From: Paraglomus brasilianum
Lineage: Eukaryota
DNA length: 37,928 bases
Assembly: GCA_910592345.1 (NCBI GenBank)
Contig: CAJVPI010000006.1
Span: forward strand, 62,001-99,928
Reading direction: 5' to 3'
The notes under the pieces were generated by a model. The model was not told where the DNA came from. It saw only the letters and a list, made by a program, of their open reading frames with translations, and did not search any database. This document shows, piece by piece, positions 27,170 to 37,814 of the stretch; position 1 is the first letter of the stretch, and every line of letters begins with the position of its first letter. The position numbers and the translations under genes are program-made.

Positions 27170-28350
27170 TTACAACCGTGTTGCCTGAGGTGATCTGACA
27201 CTGTCTAAATACAGAAACTGGCAATCAAAAGAATACGTCATTTTATCACTGATATGATCAAAACCCAACCAAAGCGCTTCAGGTAAGACCACGCCTTCAT
27301 TGACTATGACATTCACAAGCTTTGCCTTCCTGATATTCAAATTCTTATCTCTTATCTCATCAATCATATCTAATTCCGAGTGATATAAGTATGCATTCGT
27401 TTAGTCGATGCTAGTACGTTCATCCTCATTGGTCAAGATCTATCTTTTCAAGTCTTGTCCCGCCAGATTCTTAATCAAACGAATTTGGCCATGTCACCGT
27501 TTGTGTTAATGTTTCAAGTGACAAGCTGAGGTTGCATAAGATTGTCATTGGTATTGATCCGCAGTATTGTAAATAATCTTCCGAATTAACCAACTTTTTG
27601 TTATGCTGCGCACCTCAAACTGCTGAGCGCCGCAGGTTTCTCCTAAGCACAAATATAACTTATCAATAATATTTACCCGAGGCAAAATTCGAAAATACGA
27701 CAGTGTCTGCATGGAGCTCAACTTTTTAACTGTCATCCGTTGAATTGTCATTTGCCGGATTGAATTTACCAGCACCCTTTGAGAATGTGCAATCAATGGT
27801 AATTTAAATATAACCCAAATATTCGTTGTATCCAGGATTGATTAAATGTGCACTATAAAGGCTGCAACAAAGTCGTTCAGCTGGCCAAAGTACAATTCCG
27901 GCGACATTTTTTGTCAATTGTAAATTTGGTTTTCCATCGCGGCATTCGTTTTGTATTACCACGCATGCGCGACACTATACCGTTCGCCACACCAGATAAT
28001 TGCAACCAATCCCTAACATGTTGATCTCAGTGGTAAAACATTCTCTTATTAGGACGTGTTTTTTTTGAAGGCAACTATCCTACCTCGAGGGTAAATGACT
28101 TGCAAATATAAACTTGCGGCGAGAGATTTTTTTGATAAAATTACTGTGGCAGTGATTTCAAAAGAGAAGTTGATTGTATCCATTGCTTTCAGCTGGATAT
28201 TAATAATATTCTTGTCTCGGATCTGGAATGCCTCTTGCAACTCGGCAAACTTGAGTCACTCGAAAACTTTTTTGATCATAACCTATATCTAAGAAGCGTA
28301 TTGCTTTTTCGTATTCAGAAGAATTATCCTTTATATCATTACAGGTGATT
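27170..28350 (-). pseudogene. Degenerate coding relic, possibly PARP/ADP-ribosyltransferase-like
   Basis: Patchy protein-like frames broken by stops and frameshifts (SSEYEKAIRFL, IKKVFE*LKFAELQEAF, NQLLF, VIVNEGVVLPEAL); family assignment is only a resemblance. Confidence 0.25.
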
Positions 28351-29979
28351 ATATATAAATATTGTTATTTTCAAGTGAAGGTCACCAACGATCTTAAGTT
28401 TTATTGATTCCTTATTATTATGTTGCTTGTATTTTTATAATACTGTAACTAAATCGTATATCATATTCATTACTAATCAGACTATGGTCTTCAGTGTCCT
28501 AGTTAAACCTCTATTTTCATTACATACTAACACACTTTATCCTCTTTTCGGTCTAGCTTTTCGACATTATCGAGTGGTTTTGCTTTTTGAAATTGTTACA
28601 TACATATTGTTGGTCTACCTTGATGAAGGACACTATGTGTGCGATGCTTGCTATGCGCCGGGCCAAGAGCTCAACATCCACCAGCCTGTATAACCTGATG
28701 TACATATCTTTCAAATAGAGTCCTCATATGTGCTTACAAGTCTAGAACCATTACTGCCAGAAGTGTTTTCAAATCAGAGTTTTTCATGTCCAAATTCGGG
28801 AGTATAGTAATCGACTTAAGATTTGTATACGTCAATCTTAGAAGCAAATCAACCTGCTGTTTCTACGTCTATCTACTCTAAACGCAATCGTATTTGCTCA
28901 ACCGGAAGACTAGATCGATTATTCTCATTAACGGCTTCGCGCTCTACCGGTACGATTACCAGAGAATAAATTATATTTCAATAATTATTATTTCAGAGTG
29001 AGAAAACTCGAGCTGCTTGAATATCTTCAACTTGTTTCACTAACAGCGGGTGTGTCTACTGCAGCACATCTGGAAATTCTTGTAGAACTGCGAGATGCGT
29101 CTTCAACGTCATACTTACAGAATGCAACTTTGTGTGAATTTGTAAACGTCTGTTAATATTTAAGCTAATGTATTACACATACTCGCTAAATTTGTATCAT
29201 TGGATTTCGCTCTGGTGCTTTCTTAGTACTATATTTTCAAGAGCGCGTTCTATAGTAAAAATAATAAATTATGTCTACGCTCTTACTCGGCATTTGAGGT
29301 GTGCACTTAAACACAGCTGGAATAAGCTTTGTGCTGGACTAACTGGTTCCGAAATAAGTCGCTTTTAAGATCCGAGAAATAGTACTTTCATCAACTCCAA
29401 GTCTCCATCATTATTCGACTCAATCGATGAATTCGGTCTGTGTCTTTTTAGCAGGACATGCATAATAGGTCTCGCTTATGTAATTCAGTAAGAGGATTCT
29501 CTTGAGGATTTCTAAGAACTCTCTAGCGCGACTATTATTGTGACATCTATTTCTTTATTTGTCTTATTTTAAAAATATGACGAACTTTTTAGCGATGCAG
29601 ATCTGTAAGCACTGTAATATGTAACTCTCATCATTTACAAAAAAGATAAGCTTTATGCCGAACATATATGATTGATAGTTGAAATCTTTTGTGCAGCATG
29701 CCCCATATTAAATATTGGGCTGTCTGTATCAAGTCTGCAATTCTCTGGAATCGGAATTCAATGGTTCTAATTAATGTTTACAATTATCTGCACAGCCCCG
29801 CTTTGAAACAATGGTCATAAGCGAAAAAAACAACCGAGTCAATGTCCCCGTATTATTATCTCTACGCACTTTAATCGCATTTATCCATGACCCGCATACA
29901 TATGATTATCCATTTATTGATATGACCTACGCACCAATTAAATAAGAACTCCTGACCAAAAAATACCGACTATTACACT

Positions 29980-31480
29980 TTAAAATGTAAACGTTCCATC
30001 GATGTCGATTTCGTGGGAAGCACTAAGTTGAGGCTTTTGAAGGTACTTTTCAGCAAGAATGTCACGCACGGAATTCAAAAGTTCCTGGTATGTGAGCGGG
30101 TATTTCTGTTTCACACTAATAAAATGTGTATCATGATTAATATGAGCAGAATAGGAGGGAGGGAGGGGTAGAAGCCGTATAACGACAAAGACGTACGTTG
30201 AGATCAAGGCAAATGACATGGCTCCAGTGCTCTTGCCTGCTTCAAATGCATCGGCCGATGTTTGCAAATCTTTGCATCTAATCAAAACTTTCTCAATTAG
30301 TAAATATTCCGGTATAAGATTTTTACATAAACGCAATATTAATCAAATTGAAATTATGCAAACCCGCTCAACATTATAACGTCGGCTTTACTCGATTTGT
30401 TGGCTTTGTTTCTTTGACTAATGACTTTTCCGTCTTTAGCCTTCTTCGTAAATGAATGTATATTGTCTTTCGCAACTTTCAGGTCGCCCTGGAGATATGA
30501 AATCCCTGCGTAGAATAACGCACTACCACCAGCCTTCAATATGCCCGGATCCTTGACTATTCCCTTTGTTGAATAGGTATATGGAAGATCGAGAGCAGTT
30601 CCCGAGTGGCACGAGTCAAAGATTACAGTCATACGGACACCTGTAATAATGTATTTGATGGAATTGTTAGAAATTGATGCAATTTGATATATAAAAAGCA
30701 ATTGATTATTGAATACTTGCCCTCCGGCAATGGTTGTACTAGAATTTTGTTCATTTCCTAAAAACATGCGGCAAATGAGCAAATTTATATTAACGTACAT
30801 AGAATGTAAATGTTTTACTAACATCGTCTATGATGTGTCCGGCAGTTGGAAAGTCGAGAGGCATAATGGTTTCGTCATAATAATCATCTTCATCATTGTC
30901 CGTGTCAAGCAATTGGCCACCATGACCACTGTAGTGTAAGAAAAGTCTAAGAGAGAGACATGTTGAAATAAAGTCTCAATTTCAATTGCACAGATAGTCA
31001 AGTGGGCCTGTCAGCGTAAACACAATCAATTCATTCAAATTTTGCACTCACGAATCACCAGGTTGCGCATCGCTGACAAGCCATTTTAATCCTTCAATCA
31101 TGTTTTGTCTCGTAGGGATCTTTGTCGTATCCAATTGATCGTCAGTCAGAACTCTGATATTCGATTCTTCATAGCCATGTTGCTTCAAAAACGCTTTAAT
31201 ATTTGCTACATCGTTAATACATCCTGGAAAGCAAAACAATGAAAGGGTTACTACTAAATACAGATTATCGATAGTAAAGGGACATGTACAAAGTATTCGA
31301 ATATATCTCACCTTTGAGCTCATATGGAGTCCCATAATAATTGATTCCAATCATTAAGGCTTTCTTCCTTCCCGACGACTGCACATAACTCTGAGTACTC
31401 GTTGTCGTAGCACTTTTTCCATCTACAGTAGTTGTTACAGTAGTTGTAGCTTTATAGAACGTAGTCTGCTGTTCACTCAT
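29980..31480 (-). CDS. MCA1: Type I metacaspase (peptidase C14B), 331 aa, 7 exons (31480-31312, 31223-31052, 30946-30823, 30757-30721, 30640-30364, 30277-30197, 30115-29980)
   Basis: [25 protein letters not shown] (His), [24 protein letters not shown] (Cys), [24 protein letters not shown]; exon total 996 nt in frame using one GC-AG intron. Orthology versus paralogy to MCA1 is not established. Confidence 0.95.
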
Positions 31481-33224
31481 GGCAGCAAGTGTGTTCAGCT
31501 TTCAGAGGTGAAGAGGGCTACCAAATCCGCCACATCTTCAAATACCATCTAGCATCTCTCAGTGTCATTGGACGATCATGCCCAAACTCTTCTTCCCCCA
31601 ACAAGAACGATTAATAACACGTGGCAATCTGAGCCACAATATGTTCTCAATAGAACAATGAATAGTTTATTGTTATTGAAAGATCTATTACAAGGAGCGT
31701 GGGAAACTAAGATGGTCTACGGATATGGGATAATTGCGATAATTTCGTAAGCGTAATAGCAAGTGATACAATAATCTTTTACAGTAAACTGAATTTTATG
31801 ATATTAGTTTGGTTCTACCGAATCGGGAATAAGTTTTCCACGATACGTGTAACGATGCCCGGTGATTAGGGCGTTTTATTCGAGCGTCATTACTCTAAAC
31901 CTAATTTGTCGTTTTCGTTTCCCATTCCCTGTTACTGTCTTTTATTATTAATTAAATACACTAAGCAAGAAATGAGTATACGCACTCAATTATTGTTTAT
32001 TTACTCTGTGTCAGTAGCTAAATGCGTAGATGATCTGCTAAGATAATGGTATTGGGCTGATTAAATAGAGTTTTAGTGCCGATAAGTGGCTATGATGTAT
32101 GGTATAAACATCGCTATATCGTTTAGTATTAGCAAGTCTTGGAATCGAACAAATAGTGTTAAGATGCCATGTGAATATTAATAGCCTAGTCGTAACTTAA
32201 TACCATCTTTGCATTAGCAGGCTTGCGATGAACGCCATGTGCCCATTCTATTAATATCGTTTGATTTGCCCAATTGTTTTTTCAAGTTCCATGTTTCCCA
32301 AAAAACATGCGAATAGAATTTTGTATCTAATATGGTTTAATTTCTTATAGTAGTTATACCTTTTTTGGCAGGAATAATAATGCGAAAAAGTTATTGAACA
32401 ATAGTGGGACACATTTCAGGTTAGATGTGATAATTAAATAGATCAGAGTTAAAAAACAAACATGTATTTACAATCGATAGCAATAACATATACTTGACAA
32501 TTTTAATTTGTATATTATGTTTTTTGTTTTATTTGTTTTACTAATTCATAAATGCGCGTTTCTGATACTCTCGCGTCGGATTGACATGTTCCGGTGCAAA
32601 AAAGCAGGTTATGTTCTGAAATAAGGAGGAAGCAGTTTGAAGAGCGAGGTTCCTGGTGATGTCAAATGTTAAGCCTTTCGGGATTCGTATATTTAGTTTT
32701 GTAATAGTTGATTTAGTATACATGATGCCACGGTTACTGAGTCTGTCAAATTGGGGGGTTTAATCATCGAATGATGACCCCACCAACGAAGCATTGGTTA
32801 CTGGCCTTGAGATTTCGAGAGATATAGAGGAATACTAATATAGTGAACCCTCTCTAAATGCAACCTACCAAATGCTATGGGTCGATCCCAAGCTTATAAA
32901 ACTATTAAGTATTTTCACTATCTATAAATGCGAGCTATTTCTGATTTGGCCATATGGCCCGATGCATTGCATTCACTTACCACTCCACGTTAATAATTAT
33001 GCCATCGACTTGACAATTGATGAGATTTATCTAATATTAAAAGGGTGAAAGTGTAAGAAGCACGGTGATGAATACAAAGAAATTGTAATAGACTTTTTTG
33101 TACAGTTTGCATATTGCACACCCACCCTTTAGGAATTATGAAAAGTGGGGACGGTTGTCTGGATGCTGAGGAAATTTGAGGAGTCGGAATATAGTATTAC
33201 GTTTCTCTTTGAAATACTTCGCCA

Positions 33225-33295
33225 TCTTTGTATGCGGTCGAAGCAAGAATAAGAAGTGCAATTAGGACAGCCACGTGGAGATCACAGCCAACTAG
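33225..33295 (+). mobile_element. Candidate mini non-autonomous Helitron, copy A (71 bp)
   Basis: A|TCTTTGTATGCGGTCGAAGCAAGA...GCCACGTGGAGATCACAGCCAACTAG|T: 5' TC, 3' CTAG, weak subterminal hairpin, located between A and T; second copy at 34999. Confidence 0.45.
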
Positions 33296-33299
33296 TTTC

Positions 33300-33567
33300 T
33301 GTAACGAAAAAGAAACGACGAAGGCGCTAAATACAAAATAGTTTTAGTAAAATATTCTAACAAAATATGTTTCTTTTAGCTAAACATACCGATTTTTCTT
33401 GCCAAGATTTTTTTTTTTTTCGCGAGTACTTGAACAAATACAATTTCAAATAGTCGTCTCGCAGGGTGTTAAATTTCTCGTGGGGACATCCCATTAAATG
33501 CTTCTGTTTCCTCGTTGTTGAGCCCAAGTTGGGTAACGATAGTAGCGTTAGTAGCGTTAGTAGCCAT
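33300..33567 (-). pseudogene. Small-protein family copy 1 (frameshifted)
   Basis: MATNATNATIVTQLGLNNEETEAFNGMSPREI*: an 8-nt deletion relative to copy 2 gives an early stop; rest aligns with copy 2, including the intron. Confidence 0.75.
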
Positions 33568-33829
33568 TTTAGTTACTGTTGATAGTTGGAGAGTTGAGTT
33601 GAGAGGTGATGTATAAATACAATCAGAAAGTCACGTGAAACGAATACTACGCAGGATTGTCTGCCCTGAATTATATGTAAATTATCAATTAATCAATTGT
33701 ATGCATGTAAACTTAGATGGGTTGTTTGTTCTCTAATTGTTTGTCTATTCAAGGAGTAAACTTATTTTATTACCTGCATATTTTAATGAAAAGGGCCGAC
33801 GTCAGCTAAACTAATAAAAAAGGAAATTT

Positions 33830-34358
33830 GTCAGCCCCATCTTGGACATTACAGTATTGGGAAAGGGCTTCATGGCTTTGCTGATAGTTGGTTTGGGAAG
33901 GATTGGAAGACCATGTAGATGGATAGTAAGAGATGATCTAGGGATATGTTTAGGAAGAGAAAGATGGTAAGTTTTGTTCTTAACAGTAAAGGAGAGATTG
34001 TGTAGGTATTTTTCATAGGTATCAGCATCTTGGGTGAGTTGAACAAATTGTTCAGATGGGAAGAAGGCTGTGCCCAGGAGATCTTGGCAAAAACTTCTCA
34101 GAAATGCAATTAGCTTACAATCAATGAATAATGAGTTTGGAGAAGAGCAATCTGGAGGAACTCGTCCTACAAAATGTTTGTTAGTGAGAGAGAAAACAGT
34201 ATTTCTCCAGTTGAGGAGAGTAAAGAACCATCAGGATTAACTAAGGGAGAATTTGTTGGAACTGATTTAAAGTAGCCTTCTGGAGCTTTTTGTAAAAGTG
34301 AGAGTTGTTGGAGAACAGCAGAATAAGAGGGAGCAGAAGTAACAGTAGTATAAGACAT
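33830..34358 (-). mobile_element. Decayed non-LTR retrotransposon ORF1/gag-like fragment
   Basis: MSYTTVTSAPSYSAVLQ... then after a frameshift a long open frame (...FVQLTQDADTYEKYLHNLSFTVKNKTYHLSLPKHIPRSSLTIHLHGLPILPK); strong CpG depletion. Family assignment is from resemblance only. Confidence 0.4.
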
Positions 34359-34399
34359 GATTGAAAAGACTATTTTTCAGTAGTTTGTGGTGACATGTT

Positions 34400-34650
34400 A
34401 TTTTTTTCAAGTGATATCCCTCCACACATGCCCTTATTCTTCAACAAGCCAATGATTATACCTAAACCTTCTTCACACCCTCATCAAAAGTTTCTTCAGT
34501 AAATTCAATGCTAAAAGGCCAAAATTTCACTGGAAAATAGAGGAGCCTGACAGATGTCACAATCCCATAAAGGTAGTCAAAATAATCATCATTACCGTTT
34601 ATTTCATACAAACTTTCGAGTTGCTTGATATTCTGATGGCTTCCATAATT
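34400..34650 (-). pseudogene. Fragment of a repetitive glomeromycotan-type protein family (DYLYGIVT motif; Crinkler-associated REase-like as I recall)
   Basis: QNIKQLESLYE...DDYFDYLYGIVTS...PFSIEFTEE...GVKKV-(frameshift)-LGIIIGLLK..ACVE, with deletions. Confidence 0.5.
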
Positions 34651-34998
34651 TATTTTGGTTTGGAAATCATTTGTTAGAAAAATATAGCACCTTTTTTTAT
34701 GGATAATCAGAAGCATAGATCTAGCCAAGTACAAATAATTAGCTATTGTTAAAGATAATCTTTGATATATTGAAGAAAAATTTCGCTAAAAGATATACGA
34801 CGTAATAGAGACTAGTGAAAAAAACACAAATTGTTGCTGGTAAAAAGCTAATCAATATTGGTAAAAGTATAGAAAGTAATATCTTTAAGACTATTAAAAA
34901 ACAAATGAACATAAGCTCCACCACAACTTAATGAATAACATAATAATTTCAGTGATAAAAATCAGTGAATTCAATACTAATAAAAAATCTTTTAGTCA

Positions 34999-35108
34999 TC
35001 TTTGTATGCGGTCGAAGCAAGATTCGATAGATGTAGGCTAAATGTCGTTCGATACGTCTTTATTGGGATTGAAATTAGGACAACCACGTGGAGACCACAG
35101 CCAACTAG
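34999..35108 (+). mobile_element. Candidate mini non-autonomous Helitron, copy B (110 bp)
   Basis: Same 5' end (A|TCTTTGTATGCGGTCGAAGCAAGA) and 3' end (GTGG-AGA-CCAC hairpin, AGCCAA, CTAG|T) as copy A, with a different interior and different left flank. Confidence 0.45.
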
Positions 35109-35123
35109 TTTATGGCCAAGGTC

Positions 35124-35408
35124 CTAACGCAAAAAATATGTTAAGAAACGACGAAGGCGCTAAATATAAAATAGTTTTAGTAAAATATTCTAACGAAATA
35201 TGTTTCTTTTAGCTAAACATACCGATTTTTCTCGCCAAGATTTTTCTTTTTCCGCGAGTGCTTGAACAAATACAATTTTCAAGTTGTCGTCTCGCAGGGT
35301 GTTAAATCTACGTCTTTCTCGTGGGGACATCCCATTAAATGCTTCTGTTTCCTCGTTGTTGAGCCCAAGTTGGGTGACGATGGCAGCGTTAGTAGCGTTA
35401 GTAGCCAT
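35124..35408 (-). CDS. Small-protein family copy 2, apparently intact 73-aa unknown protein (exons 35408-35223, 35159-35124)
   Basis: MATNATNAAIVTQLGLNNEETEAFNGMSPRERRRFNTLRDDNLKIVFVQALAEKEKSWREKS|RLRRFLTYFLR*; 63-nt GTATGT...TTTAG intron conserved in all three copies. Confidence 0.6.
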
Positions 35409-36020
35409 TTTAGTTATTGTTGATAGTTGGAGAGTTGAAAGATGAATAGAGTTGATAAGAGTTATGATGTATAAATGGGGATCTAATATATTCTCATTGG
35501 TCAATCTTCAATTCCCCCCTACTTATATCACCTGATGTTAAAAAGCGCAATATTACGTAATCGTCAAGCTATGCAAATCAAAGTAAGTACTCGAAAAAAT
35601 AGTAGCTTGACGTAATTTTTATTACAAAAACTATTATAGATCCTACTTTCGTTAATAGACTATCTCTAATTCTAGACAATTTCTGCAAAACCTTTATGTA
35701 CTTAAAAATCGAATTACGATTTAAAAGAAAAAGAATGAAGATTTCAAAATTCTTCCAATAATTCTAATAGTTTTAATTTTTTATCATTTTTACTAGTATT
35801 AATAATCAGTATTTATAGAAAAGTGTATGATTAATAAAGAAAAAAATTATAGTAGAGAGTCGCGAGGAGTGCGCTAACTATTTTTAATCTGGACGATCGC
35901 AGTCGTGTGTAGTAGACGCGTATGTGAAAATCATATAAATTAAAATTTGTTGTCACTGAAGTATTAATATCGAACTCTTATCATATTCGCTTACAAACCT
36001 TTGTCTTATTTATCATAAAA

Positions 36021-36640
36021 ATGTCTGTAAACTCATTTGAATTATGAGCATTGAGAAATTCGATACCGTAGTTGAGGAATACCTCAAAACTTAGACCCAA
36101 AATTTCGGGAAAAGTCGTTAATTTCGCAAGAGCTTGCGGATATCGCGAAGGAAGTATTAACCGTTGATAACGAGCAACATTCCACAAAGTTGAAGGCATG
36201 GGTTAGAAAGCACTTTGCGATGATGAGAGTTGGGGAATCAGCTCGCTTAGTCGAAAAAAAAATTTTTGTAAAAGAGTGTCTGTATAATGTAATTGGAGAT
36301 TTACATGAATAATTACGGCACGCGGGCTATATAAAGACTTACACCGCTGTAAGTTGTTTAAAGTTATAATAGCCACAGTAACACGATGAACGTACGCTCT
36401 CTTAAATGCTAATTCATATTTATTCTCAGATCTGCAAACAATATACAGTCAACTCTCTCTAAATGCACTCTCTCTAAATGCACGCTCCCTATTCTGCACG
36501 TGCAACCGATTTCGCAATCCCGAGGAGTGATTCTACTATAAAGATAAATTCTGTAAACGCACACACGGATGTGCATTTAGGGAGAGTTGACTGTACTAAT
36601 ACTCGAAATTCGTACAGTTTTTTGGTGGATGTCACACAAA
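36021..36640 (+). pseudogene. Ginger/KRBA2-like integrase N-terminal (H2C2 zinc-binding) relic with an intron, interrupted by a MITE
   Basis: MSVNSFEIMSIEKFDTVVEEYLK-(fs)-LDPKFREKSLI...WVRKHF...VKECLYNVIGDLHE*LRHAGYIKTYTA|GTAAGT(36349)...CAG(36429)|ICKQY-[MITE]-..KFVQFFGGCHT: H-x3-H..KTY..C pattern. Confidence 0.6.
36446..36593. mobile_element. Complete pogo/Tc1-mariner-type MITE (148 bp) with TA target-site duplication
   Basis: TA|CAGTCAACTCTCTCTAAATGCAC ... GTGCATTTAGGGAGAGTTGACTG|TA: 23-bp TIRs with 1 mismatch. Confidence 0.9.
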
Positions 36641-36644
36641 AATA

Positions 36645-36842
36645 TCGGTATAAAAATTTTTCTGGTACATCGTATACGTATCGTTATACGTAATAACGAG
36701 GTTTAATAGTAAAAATCGGCATAACCAAATAAGAATGTTTTGGTAATTATAACGACAAATTTCATCGTTAGATCCAGTTATCGTTATATACAGATATTGC
36801 TATATCCAGTCTTGAGGGTGACTATAAAGAGGGTTGACTGTA
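36645..36842. mobile_element. Right end of a second, related pogo-type element
   Basis: Ends TATAAAGAGGGTTGACTG|TA with repeated subterminal ATCGTTA motifs; no matching left TIR of its own seen; left boundary approximate. Confidence 0.5.
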
Positions 36843-37029
36843 TTTTGTATTTAAAGCGACACGTTATTTTTGGATTTATTCATAAACCTAGAACTCTCCA
36901 GATTTTTTATTAACATAAAAAGTGCGATCTGCATTAACCGTAATACATCATCAAATGTAGCGAATTGCTGCGCAAAAATCACGTGCGCGTTCAAAAAGGA
37001 AAAAAACAAACCAAATTTAACAAGAAAGA

Positions 37030-37309
37030 CTATCTGTAACGAAAACAGTATGTTAAGAAACGACGAAGGCGCTAAATATAAGATAGTTTTAGTAAAATAT
37101 TCTAACAAAATATGTTTCTTTTAGCTAAACATACCGATTTTTCTCGCCAAGTTTTTTCTCTTTCCGCGAGCGCTCGAAGAAATACAACTTTCAAATAGTC
37201 TTCTCGCACGTTGTTAAATTTATATCTTTCTCGTGGGGACATCCTATTAAATGCTTCTGTTTCCTCGTTTTGAGCCAAGTTGGGCGACGATGGAAGCGTT
37301 AGTAGCCAT
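37030..37309 (-). pseudogene. Small-protein family copy 3 (frameshifted)
   Basis: ATG 37309 MATNASIVAQLG, then two 1-nt deletions versus copy 2; downstream frame NEETEAFNRMSPRERYKFNNVREDYLKVVFLRALAEREKTWREKS|RLRRFLTYCFRYR*. Confidence 0.7.
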
Positions 37310-37712
37310 TTTAGTTGCTGTTGATAGTTGGAGAGTTGAAAGATGAATAGAGATGAGAGTTGAGAGATGATGTATAAATACACGTATATCAGAAAGTCAC
37401 GTGAACAAATACTACGCAGGATCATATTGTCTGCCGTATTGCGTAATTTATCAATTATTCAATTGTTTGCTAAATAGGGTAAATGAAATTCGTGCCCGTG
37501 CATCCCTAAATTATTACGTAATAAAAGTTTTAATGCAACCAATCAGCGTTTTGTGTTAACGTTTCACTATATGATGCTGGCTGACTCTTCTCAAAGTGGT
37601 AAGTTCTCCTTTCCGTTTTTGGTGTCTGGTCAGGACGAGGTCATTTCATGAATGTGCATAAGTATACGTGTATAAGTTACAACGTACTACCCACGGATTC
37701 GTAAATGTCAAC

Positions 37713-37814
37713 TATTATGCGCTTGCTTGCGCGTAGGCTGTTCGCCAGTATCTAATATTCCTGTATTTATTTGACATTTATTATTATACGCTTGCTTACG
37801 CGTAGGCTGTTCGC
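37713..37814 (+). repeat. 33-bp direct repeat, two copies
   Basis: TATTATGCGCTTGCTTGCGCGTAGGCTGTTCGC (37713-37745) and TATTATACGCTTGCTTACGCGTAGGCTGTTCGC (37782-37814), 2 mismatches. Confidence 0.9.

Noticed and set aside
34739..34924. Hydrophobic 61-aa ORF as a further exon of the small gene
   Set aside because: Copy 2 stops at 35124 after the conserved intron and no clean in-frame splice to this ORF was found; may reflect AT-rich bias.
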